From positions 1-64,000 of the IMG/VR virus record IMGVR_UViG_3300044838_000061: a DNA stretch of 64,000 nucleotides. One strand, written 5' to 3'. This DNA is from a virus. A model generated the notes under the pieces. It searched no databases and was not told the DNA's origin. It was given only the letters and a program-made list of their open reading frames with translations. Shown piece by piece: positions 26,674-35,672 of the stretch. The position numbers were made by a program, and so were the translations under genes. Position 1 is the stretch's first letter, and the number at the start of each line of letters is the position of its first letter.

Positions 26674-27855
26674 CTACCCGGTCTGCCCGTTCAGGAAGGC
26701 TTCTGGCCGGCGCAGCCGCACGAACCGCGCTGACGCCTGCCGGAAGAAGTGCGTGTAGTGGTCGAGCAGGATCTCTGACTGCATCCCCTGTAGCCACGCC
26801 AGGCGGTTGAAGTCCTGGCGGACGGCGACCATCCCGTCGGCCACGTCGGCGATCGGCTCGCCCTCGAACACGTACGGCCCGGTCACCAGCACGGTCCCGT
26901 CGGGGATGTACTTGGTCATCGCCGAGAGGCCGCGGCTGTAGCCGGCGGTCGTGTCGCGGTAGCCGGCGTCCGAGACGATGATCCTCGGGGCCTGCGCTAC
27001 GCGGTCGCCCTGTGAGTCGGTGTCGACGGACCCGTACAGCAGTCCCTCGATGTCCTGACGCGTCGGGAGGAACGCGTTGCGGTCGGTCTGGGTCAGGTAG
27101 CCGCGGGCCTGATCGGAGCGCTGGAGGCGCGTCCAGGTGACCGTGTTCATGTGCAGGTTGCAGCCGTAATAGCCAAGGTCGTTGGCTACCTGGAGCTGCC
27201 ACGCACGCATGTCGTCGATCGGCGTCGCGTTGCCGCGGTCTGACCACGGGATCGCGGCCGTCGGCTTGTGGCCCGAGTAGTAGTTGTACTGGACGGTGAC
27301 CTGCTGTCCGGTCTGCGGGTACTGCACGACGATGTTGTTGCCGAGGAACGCCTGCCAGCGCATCCACTCGGTCCGGTTCTCGTTGCGCAGCTGGAGGACC
27401 GCGGCGCTCGTCACGAGGTCGACGCCCGCGCGTGCGCGCACGTTCGGAGTCGGCGACGTGAGCTTGAGGTGGGCGTCCTCGTCGATCCGCTGCATCTCGT
27501 CGATGAGCAGCAGGCTCACGACCTCTTGCGTGTAGCGGATGTCCGGGGTGTAAATGGCCGGCGTTGCACCCGGGGCGCGGAACTGCGCGACTCCGAATGA
27601 GGCGACCTCCGCGATCTCGCGCTCGATCGTTCGGTCATAGACCGAGAAGTTCGGCGCGATCTGCGGCCCGATGGCCAGGATTGACTCGAACATCGTCTGG
27701 AGACGACGACGGACGAGGTCGGTGAAGGTCGCCTGCGAGAAGACGTCGAAGACGTTGAGATTCCCGTCGGGACCCTGCTGCTCGCCGCCCCCCATCGGGC
27801 GGTGACTCTCGGCCAACCATTCGGCGCGAGAGGGCTTGCGTGTCTTGACTGCCAT
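26674..27855 (-). CDS. major capsid protein (lambda gpE-like)
   Basis: RTEWMRWQAF, WSD..ATPIDDM and YIPDGTVL motifs; follows the decoration gene. Confidence 0.85.
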   Translation of the reverse strand: MAVKTRKPSRAEWLAESHRPMGGGEQQGPDGNLNVFDVFSQATFTDLVRRRLQTMFESILAIGPQIAPNFSVYDRTIEREIAEVASFGVAQFRAPGATPAIYTPDIRYTQEVVSLLLIDEMQRIDEDAHLKLTSPTPNVRARAGVDLVTSAAVLQLRNENRTEWMRWQAFLGNNIVVQYPQTGQQVTVQYNYYSGHKPTAAIPWSDRGNATPIDDMRAWQLQVANDLGYYGCNLHMNTVTWTRLQRSDQARGYLTQTDRNAFLPTRQDIEGLLYGSVDTDSQGDRVAQAPRIIVSDAGYRDTTAGYSRGLSAMTKYIPDGTVLVTGPYVFEGEPIADVADGMVAVRQDFNRLAWLQGMQSEILLDHYTHFFRQASARFVRLRRPEAFLNGQTG

Positions 27856-27877
27856 GTGGCTCAGTGCTCCTTTCGCG

Positions 27878-28603
27878 TCACGGCTGGAACGTGCAGTTCG
27901 GGAGCGCTGCTCGAGCAGTGGCCCCGTAGGCCAGCCAGTTCTTCAGCTTCGCTGTGTCGAAGGCCGTGAACTGGTCGTAGATCGGCACCGGCTCGTCGTC
28001 GTTGACGGCGTTGCCGAAGAAGTCGTACTCGAGGTTGTCGAACACCCCGACGATGTGCTCGGCCGTCTGGCCGGCGGTCGTGGTGGCGACGCTCACGGCC
28101 GGGGTGGTACCTCCGGTGAAACTCCCGGCCGCGGTCATCACCGCCTGCGGCAGGTTACCCAGGAGACTCTGGAAGGTGACCGTGACGGGGGTCGCCGGTA
28201 GGGCACCTCCGCCTCCGAGGACGTTCGCAGCGGAGGCGATGTTGGACAGCGCCACCAGCGCCGCCTGGACTTGCGCGGCGGTCGCGTTGTAGGGGATCGC
28301 GGCGGTCGTCTGACCGCTGTAGGTCAGGGTGAATGTGCCACCCGTGGGGGCACCCGTGATCGTGACCGTCTGGACGGCGTTCACGTTCGTACCGAGGCCC
28401 TGGTAGACCTTGATCTTGGTCGGGTCGTTCGCGACCGACGGGGTCACGAAGCTGAAGGCGGGCACGTAGTAGAACCCGTTGGAGTCCGGCGACAGCGTGG
28501 TCGCGTCGAACACCATCGACTTCACATACTGGGTACCCGTGAAGCCGACGATGCACGTGTCGCGACCGACGACGCGCTGGCGGGTGATCTGTGAGGCGGG
28601 CAT
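27878..28603 (-). CDS. head decoration protein with inserted module
   Basis: Between scaffold and capsid genes; carries the TGAPTGGTF module. Confidence 0.65.
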   Translation of the reverse strand: MPASQITRQRVVGRDTCIVGFTGTQYVKSMVFDATTLSPDSNGFYYVPAFSFVTPSVANDPTKIKVYQGLGTNVNAVQTVTITGAPTGGTFTLTYSGQTTAAIPYNATAAQVQAALVALSNIASAANVLGGGGALPATPVTVTFQSLLGNLPQAVMTAAGSFTGGTTPAVSVATTTAGQTAEHIVGVFDNLEYDFFGNAVNDDEPVPIYDQFTAFDTAKLKNWLAYGATARAALPNCTFQP

Positions 28604-28607
28604 CTAC

Positions 28608-30917
28608 TCAGCTCTCCTTCGTGGTCGAGAGGGTCAGGCCGACGGTCGACCCTGGGGCGACCTTCTCGGCCTCGGCGAGCCACTCGTCGGCGGACGCCGG
28701 GCGGTCCTTGTTCTCCTTCTCCTCGACCTTGCGCTGGTCCTCGGCGTCGACCGGAGGACGACCGGAGATCGGGGAGGTCAGGAGGTCGGCGCGCTCGGCG
28801 AGCGCGAGCTTGCCGGAGTTGTCCACGGGGATCGCGGAGATGAGCGATTCGGCGATCTGGGTCGCCGTGTACTCCTTGGAGCCGGTCGCGTTCCCCTTCT
28901 CGTCGGAGAGGTTCAGCACGGCGGCGACCTCTCCATCGTCGGCGAGAGCGATCTCCTCGTAGCGGCGGCAGAATCCGGGCGGGAACTTCGCTTCCTGTAG
29001 CTCCTTGACGCGCGCCTCGACCTTCGTCTTGCGCGTCTCCTTGGTGACCTCGCCGAGCTGGGTCGAGAGGCGATTGTTGTCTTCGACGATCTTCTGGATG
29101 ACGGACTGCTGCTCTTCGGAGAGTCCGAGCCGCTCCAGAACTTCTGACGTGGTGGGCTTCATGGCCCCTCCTTCGAGCGGGTTTCTGGGGTCTGGGGCGG
29201 TCGTCCGTTCGGCGAGTCCTAGCTCGCTCAGGATCGACTGCCCGTTCAGCAGGGAGGAGACCTCCTCCTTGTCTTGCGCTGCGTCCTCGTCGGTGACCCA
29301 CTCCTTCTGGACCGGGGTCCAGGAGGCGAAGTCGGACAACGACACGCTGTCGCCGTCGACCTCGAGCGGGATCACCCACGCGTCCCTCGTCCCGTCGGGG
29401 TCGCCGTAACTGCAGCGGACGAGCGCTTTGGGGTCAGGGTTGCCAACGACGTCGAGGACGGTGAAGATCGGGTACACCTCGTCGGCCGACCCCATCTCGT
29501 CGAGGTGCGAGACGACCTGCGACGTGATGTCGTTCATCGAGAGCTCGCTCGCTCCCCACTGCACGTCGGCCAGCAGCAGGTCACGGCGGTCGCGCTCGGA
29601 AAGACTCGTCGAGGCACCCACGAGAGAGCGAAGGTCGTCAGGTGGCTGTCCCCCGGACTGGCGGTAAGCGGCGATCAGCTTCCTGGCTGCGGCCTTCTTC
29701 TGGGAGAGGCTCGCGCCCTTCACCTGCTTGATGCGTCCGGCCGCCGCGACAACGCCCTTCGAGTTCAGCGTGCCGTCAGGCTCTCGGATCGGGAGCGAGT
29801 AGCGCTCCTTCGCGCCCTTGACCTCGGCCCCGCGGTCGAGCACGCAAGAGCGCGCCCACTGCTCATCGGTGAACCGCGACGCCGAGCCATCCCACGAGGA
29901 ATCGGTCGCGTCGGCGAGGTCCGCGCGCCCGGGGCGCTCGGAGAGGAGCATCGGGACTACCTCGCGGTCGCCGAACTCGTCGCCGTCCAGCTCGCCATAG
30001 GGGGTCATGCCGGTCACCCACGGCCTGTTCGTCAGCGCGACGTGGTCGATCGTCTGGTCGTACGACTGACCGCTCTCGGTGTTGACGTAGTCGTAGACGA
30101 TCCCGCATGAGCGGTTGGCGATCGTCCCGAGCTCGACCTTCTTGCGGACGTCCGGGTCGCGGAAGTCGTGGGCAGCGACGAGGACCTTCTCGCCGGGCCG
30201 CTTCTTGGAGTCGACGATCTTCAGATCCTTGATGAACCCGGTGTTGTCGAGGACCCCGTTGTCGTGATTCGTCGGGATCGTGACGTGCTGGATCGCGCCG
30301 GCCTTGAAGCTGTCATAGAGGTTCTGGAGTCCGATCTCCTTACGCGGGTCTGACGCCAGTCCAGGAACGAAGACGAGCGGCTCATGCTTCTTCTCGCCGT
30401 TCGGTCCGGGGCGGGTCGCGAGCATCCCCGAGCGCAGGATCGGCGCCCAGATCATCTCGCGGTCCTCGTCGAGGTGGATCGGCTCGCCGAGTCCGTCACG
30501 GACGAAGACCTCGAGGCTGATCCCCTTGCCGCTCTGGTCGAGTTGAAGGATCGACGGGGAGTCGGACTGCGACAGTTGGCTCACGTCTATTGCGGCGACA
30601 CGAGCGGATGACCACTGCGCTCCGGGCGAGCCGCCCCAAAGCATGTCCTCGGCGGACTGAGAGTCGGACCCGGCGAGGCAGGGGCCGTCGTGCGCCGCGT
30701 GGTATGAGGCCATCTCCTCGACGTGCTGGTCAGAGAGCGGCTGTCCGGAGGCGACTCGCCGCCCGACGGCGACGGCGACTGGATCCATGTCGCCAAGCGC
30801 GGACGCCTGCCGTACCCCGCGCTTAGCGACAGTCTTCATCGCCGACGTCGGAGTGTGCTTGTGGGTTGACAGCTCGGTGTGAGCGTTCGCGACCTGCTCT
30901 AGGAGACTCAGTGTCAT
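28608..30917 (-). CDS. capsid maturation protease / scaffold polyprotein
   Basis: DHVALTNRPWVTGM (Mu gpI-like protease) and acidic helical C-terminus. Confidence 0.8.
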   Translation of the reverse strand: MTLSLLEQVANAHTELSTHKHTPTSAMKTVAKRGVRQASALGDMDPVAVAVGRRVASGQPLSDQHVEEMASYHAAHDGPCLAGSDSQSAEDMLWGGSPGAQWSSARVAAIDVSQLSQSDSPSILQLDQSGKGISLEVFVRDGLGEPIHLDEDREMIWAPILRSGMLATRPGPNGEKKHEPLVFVPGLASDPRKEIGLQNLYDSFKAGAIQHVTIPTNHDNGVLDNTGFIKDLKIVDSKKRPGEKVLVAAHDFRDPDVRKKVELGTIANRSCGIVYDYVNTESGQSYDQTIDHVALTNRPWVTGMTPYGELDGDEFGDREVVPMLLSERPGRADLADATDSSWDGSASRFTDEQWARSCVLDRGAEVKGAKERYSLPIREPDGTLNSKGVVAAAGRIKQVKGASLSQKKAAARKLIAAYRQSGGQPPDDLRSLVGASTSLSERDRRDLLLADVQWGASELSMNDITSQVVSHLDEMGSADEVYPIFTVLDVVGNPDPKALVRCSYGDPDGTRDAWVIPLEVDGDSVSLSDFASWTPVQKEWVTDEDAAQDKEEVSSLLNGQSILSELGLAERTTAPDPRNPLEGGAMKPTTSEVLERLGLSEEQQSVIQKIVEDNNRLSTQLGEVTKETRKTKVEARVKELQEAKFPPGFCRRYEEIALADDGEVAAVLNLSDEKGNATGSKEYTATQIAESLISAIPVDNSGKLALAERADLLTSPISGRPPVDAEDQRKVEEKENKDRPASADEWLAEAEKVAPGSTVGLTLSTTKES

Positions 30918-31510
30918 GCCGCCTCCGACAGGTCGATCGACGGCGGCTCATCGAGTCCGATCAGGACGCGAAACACGTCGCACTTCTCGCTCAGCGCGCA
31001 GAGGACGTCGGCGGCGTCAGAGAGGCCCTGGGAATGGTCAACCACGCCGAACTCAAGGTCGAGCTCGTCGAGCAGGCTTAGCGGACGCTCGTCGGAGAGC
31101 TTATGTCCGCCCCACGCCGGCGCGGCCCACTTGTCGGCCTCGCCGATGGCGACGCCGGGAGCGCCAGCATCAGGATGATCGGCGTGAGGTCCGCGCGGTG
31201 ACCCGTGGCGCCACATCGCGTTCTGGCGGATTGCGTCCTTGAGAACGGCACAAAGACCCTTCGTCCTCGGGCCGAAACGCTTGAAATTGTCGGCGACGCA
31301 CTGCGTCCAGGGGTGCGGAAGCTTCGCGTAGTGGCGAAGGAGGGACCGCAGGTAGCCCATCGTCCGGGGATTGGCCGTGACCGCGTGGTAGCGGTCGCCG
31401 GGGTTCTCACCGTGGATGACGTTCGCGAGCAGGAGGTCGAGGCGCTTGTCGATCTCCTCGTTGAGCACCCGCTCGCTGCGGGCGAGTGACGCCTCCGCGA
31501 CGGTGGTCAC
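30914..31510 (-). CDS. head-module protein (hypothetical)
   Basis: Coupled to the protease gene; WTQCV..GLCA motif. Confidence 0.55.
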   Translation of the reverse strand: MTTVAEASLARSERVLNEEIDKRLDLLLANVIHGENPGDRYHAVTANPRTMGYLRSLLRHYAKLPHPWTQCVADNFKRFGPRTKGLCAVLKDAIRQNAMWRHGSPRGPHADHPDAGAPGVAIGEADKWAAPAWGGHKLSDERPLSLLDELDLEFGVVDHSQGLSDAADVLCALSEKCDVFRVLIGLDEPPSIDLSEAA

Positions 31511-31785
31511 TCCGTACCCCCGAGGCCGAGGTCCAAGGGCTCGCCTACGGAAAAAATGCAGCGGCAGGACTCAACGCGACCAGTACGGGGGTTCGGGACC
31601 CGAGCGCGGCACTTCATCACGACGTTCAGCTCGTTGGCGTACGCCTCCGGCCGGTCGAACACGAAGTACGAAACCTGGTCCTGAGTCGTTCCACAACGCG
31701 GACAACGCAGACGGTGACCCACGATGAGGGACTCGTGCTCGCTTGCGACGCCTCGCGGTCGCTGCGCTAGTGCTTCCATGAACAC
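31507..31785 (-). CDS. Cys-rich zinc-finger-like protein
   Basis: CPRC...C...CRC; first gene of the head operon. Confidence 0.55.
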   Translation of the reverse strand: MFMEALAQRPRGVASEHESLIVGHRLRCPRCGTTQDQVSYFVFDRPEAYANELNVVMKCRARVPNPRTGRVESCRCIFSVGEPLDLGLGGTE

Positions 31786-31807
31786 TAGGAAGCATCACGG
31801 AAGCTAG

Positions 31808-31856
31808 TTCATAAGAACATCCCCCCGACGGGCGGAAGCTACGTTCTTAGTAAGAA
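31808..31856. promoter_or_regulatory. paired boxes TTCATAAGAA and TTCTTAGTAAGAA upstream of the head-tail operon
   Basis: Same pair as at 995/1033. Confidence 0.7.
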
Positions 31857-31873
31857 AACTCGACGGCGACGAG

Positions 31874-32101
31874 TCAGGCGACTACCTGATCTGACGACGT
31901 GAGAATTCCGAGGGCGAATGCCTTCATCACCGCCTGCGGCAGGTTGCCAGCGTCGAGTCGCTCTCGAGCGTCGTCGAGCGTCGACTTGACGGTCCACGCC
32001 GACACGTCGCACCTCTCCGCGATCTGCGAGCGCGTGAGTCCCTCAGAGACGAGGACGAGGAATTCCCTCTGCCGGCCCGTGAGCTTGATGATCTCAGACA
32101 T
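31874..32101 (-). CDS. stand-alone LuxR-type HTH regulator
   Basis: LTGRQREFL.LVSEGLT..QIAE...S.WTVK..L.....L..GNL.QAV..A...G. Confidence 0.85.
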   Translation of the reverse strand: MSEIIKLTGRQREFLVLVSEGLTRSQIAERCDVSAWTVKSTLDDARERLDAGNLPQAVMKAFALGILTSSDQVVA

Positions 32102-33362
32102 CTCGCAGCCACCACGACCGGCGAAGATCCGGGAGGTCGTCCCACGCGAGCGCCGCCCCGACCGCGATGAGAGCCTCAGCGACCAGTCGATTATGTACGT
32201 GGGCCGCCAGGTACACGCAGCCGACTCCGACTGCCCCGTGGTGGACGCGGACGAACCAACGCCTAGTCCCGAGGTACAGGCGTCGACGTCGTCGGTCGAG
32301 GCGAAGTCCGATCACGCTGCGGCCTCACGGGGAGCGTAGTCGGGGACGACGACTCCGTCGCATACGAGCTCGTACGCGTCCAAGACCAGTTCGGCCTCGA
32401 CCTCTCCTCGCGCTAGCGTCGAGCAATCCTCGACGACGACCCAGAACCGTGCAGTCACGATCGACGACCCGGAGATTCTCGTGTCGACGACCTCGAATAG
32501 CGACTCTCCGTCGGTAATCTTCGTGCCGACCGCGCAGCGGCGATCCTGAAGAAGGCGCGGTATCGGTTCCAAGATCACGCCCTCTCTAGAAATGCGGCAG
32601 GGACGCGACTCGGAGCAGGCTCGTCGAGCGACGGCCCGCGCAGCCAGCCAAACTCCGCGTCGATGTAGTCGGTCGCCGCCGCTCTCAGGGCATCGGCGTC
32701 GTTCTCGCGCACAAGGTCGAAGATTCTGCGGAGATCCGCGCTAAACCAGAAGAAGCACCACTTCCCGAACGCGGCGTGTCCGAGGTGTGCCTCCTCCGGA
32801 AACGTCTCCCTCCACGAACGCTCGATGCGCTCGGCACACTCGATGAACGCCATGTCGACGGGGTCTATGTCGACGTACACCACATCGCGACCTCGCGTAC
32901 GAATGAGATCAACCACGACGTCCGCGCTGTCGCGTAGGTGATCTAGACCGTGGTCCTCCAGAGCGTTCTCGCGCCCACGCCAGAGAAGCCAAGTCACGAG
33001 TTGGCCTTGGCGTGACGCTCGTGGATAACGCGCAGGGGAACACCATGTCTCGGATGCTGTGAGAGCACGGGATGGTGATGCCAGCAGGTCCGGTGAGGAG
33101 TGCCCTCGACACGGTGGAAGCCGAGCCTGTGACAGGTTTCCTCATGGCACTCGAAGTGTGCGTGGAGGAAGCGGTGGACGGTGAGCGTGCCGGCGATGAT
33201 CGCCACTGGTACCGTGATCTCGCTGACGTCAGATCCGATCCCGGACCACAGCTGATACCCCAGTCCTCCGAGCGGATGCCAGATCCAAGCGGGTGCGACC
33301 GCGAGTCCGTACGCGAGGAGTCCGAGCAGGAGTCCAACGAGGACGACGTAGCGGCGAGTCAT
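32094..33362 (-). other. four coupled small hypothetical genes (32094-32315, 32312-32578, 32575-32997, 32994-33362)
   Basis: Stop/start overlaps; the last is a membrane protein with a His/Cys-rich tail. Confidence 0.55.
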
Positions 33363-33399
33363 CGCTCAGGCAGAGGATACGCCTGAACTAGCTAACTTT

Positions 33400-33756
33400 C
33401 TAGGTTCTTCCTTCAAGGACGCTCGGTGTCGCCGCTAGCGCTCGTGCGAGGACGTAGAAGGCGCACTGCCAGACGACGCTGTTCCCGATCGCCTTGAGCT
33501 GCTGCGATCGAAGTTGAACACCGACAGCGACCCTCGGAGCGACATGAAGTGGCTCGTCGTCCCACCAGACCTGCGTCAGGAACTCGTTGTGGACACGCGG
33601 ATCAGACCACCATAGGGGCATCCCCATAAGCCAAGCGGTCCACGTAGGGTTGAGGGAGCCGTTGACACGGGTGACAAGGTTCTCGCCGCCCTCTCGTCCG
33701 GAGTTTCCGGGACCCTGGCTGCCGCTGGCGGCGCTGGCGGGGCGGTTTTCGCCGAT
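33400..33756 (-). pseudogene. C-terminal remnant of a C5 cytosine DNA methyltransferase
   Basis: GGENLVTRVNGSLNPTWTAWLMGMP...QLKAIGNSVV (motif X-like); in-frame TGA at 33757-33759; motifs I-VIII absent. Confidence 0.75.
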
Positions 33757-33815
33757 TCACGTCCCTCGCGCTCCCCGAAGGAAATCGGCTTGTCAGGGGA
33801 GCGACGAGCACGCTC

Positions 33816-34088
33816 CTATCTGCGATCAGACCACCGAGCTTGCCTCGGTCGCCCGAGAGAGTCGAAGCCGGGTCTACCCCGGTTTCTGATCGACGGACGA
33901 CGAGGATCTTGAGGTCGTCTACTTCGGAAGATCGCGCGAATCACCATCGCCGCAGCCGTCCCGACGAAGATCAGCACAATCGCACTTAGGTACAGCACGA
34001 TCACGGACATCACGACGAGGGCGTAGAAGGCGATGACGAACAGGTAGGCAAGGATGATCGTCAACAAGAAATCCTCATGTGTTGCCAC
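33816..34088 (-). CDS. small membrane protein beside the putative attP
   Basis: Very hydrophobic N-terminal ~45 aa and Arg-rich tail. Confidence 0.5.
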   Translation of the reverse strand: MATHEDFLLTIILAYLFVIAFYALVVMSVIVLYLSAIVLIFVGTAAAMVIRAIFRSRRPQDPRRPSIRNRGRPGFDSLGRPRQARWSDRR

Positions 34089-34302
34089 CCCAAAACCGGG
34101 TAGCAGGAGCCACCCATCCGTCGCCTATGCGTCGCCGTCCCCAGCAAATCGCGTGCTTCTCGGTTCTCCTGCGTGCATGTTGGTGCGATTGTAAATACGC
34201 AACAAGCCAGTTGTCGCGGGGGCTTCTGCCCTCTAATGCGCGACATGACGGCGTGTCCTGATGAGCGCCCCCGGCAGGTGCGGCCACGCCGAAACCATCG
34301 GA

Positions 34303-35445
34303 TTAGCGGGCGAATCGTGCGGCATCGTCGGCGTCACCACCCTGATTCCCACCCACATCAACGGGTGCCTGCTCGAATGCGGCGCGGACCCGTGCTCGGA
34401 CGCGGTCGCGGTACGGGTGGATGTAGACCTGCTCACAAACGCGCTCGCTGTTCCCGAGCTGCTCGGCGATGTCTCGCGCGGAGCATCCCCGGTCGGCGAG
34501 GAGCGAGCCGCAGAAGTGCCTCAGTTCATAGAAGTCGAGCTTATCAGCGAGGTCTAGCTCGAGCCGACGCGGAAGCCAGTGGGAGCGGTCGAGCTCGCGC
34601 GTGAATGCATCGCGGACCGGGCGCCAGTAGTAGCCCCACGAACCCTTGGAGAACGGCCTACCGTTCGGCGTGACGAACAACCACTCGTCGTCTCGTATCG
34701 CTGTCGACTGGACAGCGTCGAGCGCCTCGGCCGGCACGACCGGCTCGCGCGAGCGCTTGGTCTTGGTGCGCGCCAGTCCATCGGGGCGCCGCTGTCGCTC
34801 GACGAGAACCGTCCCGGCCTCGAGGTCGAGATCGTCCCAGCGCATCCCGGCCAACTCGCCGGGCCTGCATCCGGTCCAGGCGGCGAACAGGATCACCGCG
34901 CGGAACGTCGCCCCGAACAGCAGTCCGTAGGACTCGACGGCGATCGCGCCGAGCCGCCGCACCTCGTCCTCGGTCAACGGCGTGATGTCCTGACGCCCCC
35001 TCCCCTCCGTAATGAGCTTCTCGAATGGGTTGCCAGCGCGGTAGCCCTCTAGGTAGCGAATGGCGTCGTTGAACATGGCGCTGGCGGTCTTGGCGACGTG
35101 GAGACGCTGCTCGACAACGCGCTTGGCCTCGGCCTTCGTGATCCGGTCGAGGCGGCGCTCACCAAACTCGGCGAGGAACAGCCTGAGGTTCGCCTCGTTG
35201 TGCCGGTTCGTGGTCACCTCCGGCCGCGGGTAGTCGACGAGCCAGCGCTGCGCCCACGACGCGACGGTCCCCGCGTACACGCGGCCCTGCTCGTGGAACT
35301 CACGCTCCGCCTCGACCTCCGCGTGGCGCGCAGTCCCCAACTCCGTGGCGGTGCCGCGCTTGGCGAACGTGCCGACGTAGACCTTCCTGCGGACGGCCGG
35401 GGAGTAGACCGAGACCTCGAACTTCTTGCCACGCTTTCGGATCAA
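34303..35445 (-). CDS. int: tyrosine integrase
   Basis: TGCRPGEL (R), TKTK (K), YELRH (HxLRH variant), LGNS, VYIH (Y); N-terminal arm-binding-like domain. Confidence 0.92.
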   Translation of the reverse strand: MIRKRGKKFEVSVYSPAVRRKVYVGTFAKRGTATELGTARHAEVEAEREFHEQGRVYAGTVASWAQRWLVDYPRPEVTTNRHNEANLRLFLAEFGERRLDRITKAEAKRVVEQRLHVAKTASAMFNDAIRYLEGYRAGNPFEKLITEGRGRQDITPLTEDEVRRLGAIAVESYGLLFGATFRAVILFAAWTGCRPGELAGMRWDDLDLEAGTVLVERQRRPDGLARTKTKRSREPVVPAEALDAVQSTAIRDDEWLFVTPNGRPFSKGSWGYYWRPVRDAFTRELDRSHWLPRRLELDLADKLDFYELRHFCGSLLADRGCSARDIAEQLGNSERVCEQVYIHPYRDRVRARVRAAFEQAPVDVGGNQGGDADDAARFAR

Positions 35446-35672
35446 CTCGCCCTCCTCTCAAGCCAGTCCTCGACCTCGGATAGCTTGAACCTTCGGGAGC
35501 GCCCGTAGCGGTGTGACGGTAGACCTTCCTGCACTCGGTAAGCGATCCACCTCTCGGACATGCCAAGAACCTCGGAAAGCTCGACGGCTGTGAGGTAGCG
35601 TTCAATTCTTGCGCGGTCTGGGAAGGGGATGACCTTAGCGCCGTTCTTCTCTGAATCCACTAGTGGCGTCAT
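35442..35672 (-). CDS. excisionase-like HTH protein
   Basis: YLTAVELSEVLGMSERWI..GLPS..GRSRRFKLSEVEDWL; coupled to int. Confidence 0.85.
   Translation of the reverse strand: MTPLVDSEKNGAKVIPFPDRARIERYLTAVELSEVLGMSERWIAYRVQEGLPSHRYGRSRRFKLSEVEDWLERRAS

Noticed and set aside
13257-30826. Many long antisense or alternative-frame ORFs over the structural genes
   Set aside because: Expected shadows in high-GC coding DNA; no RBS or recognisable motifs.
34240-34300. Hammerhead ribozyme (CTGATGA...GAAAC)
   Set aside because: Extra bases before GAAA, no NUH triplet and no stem III partner.
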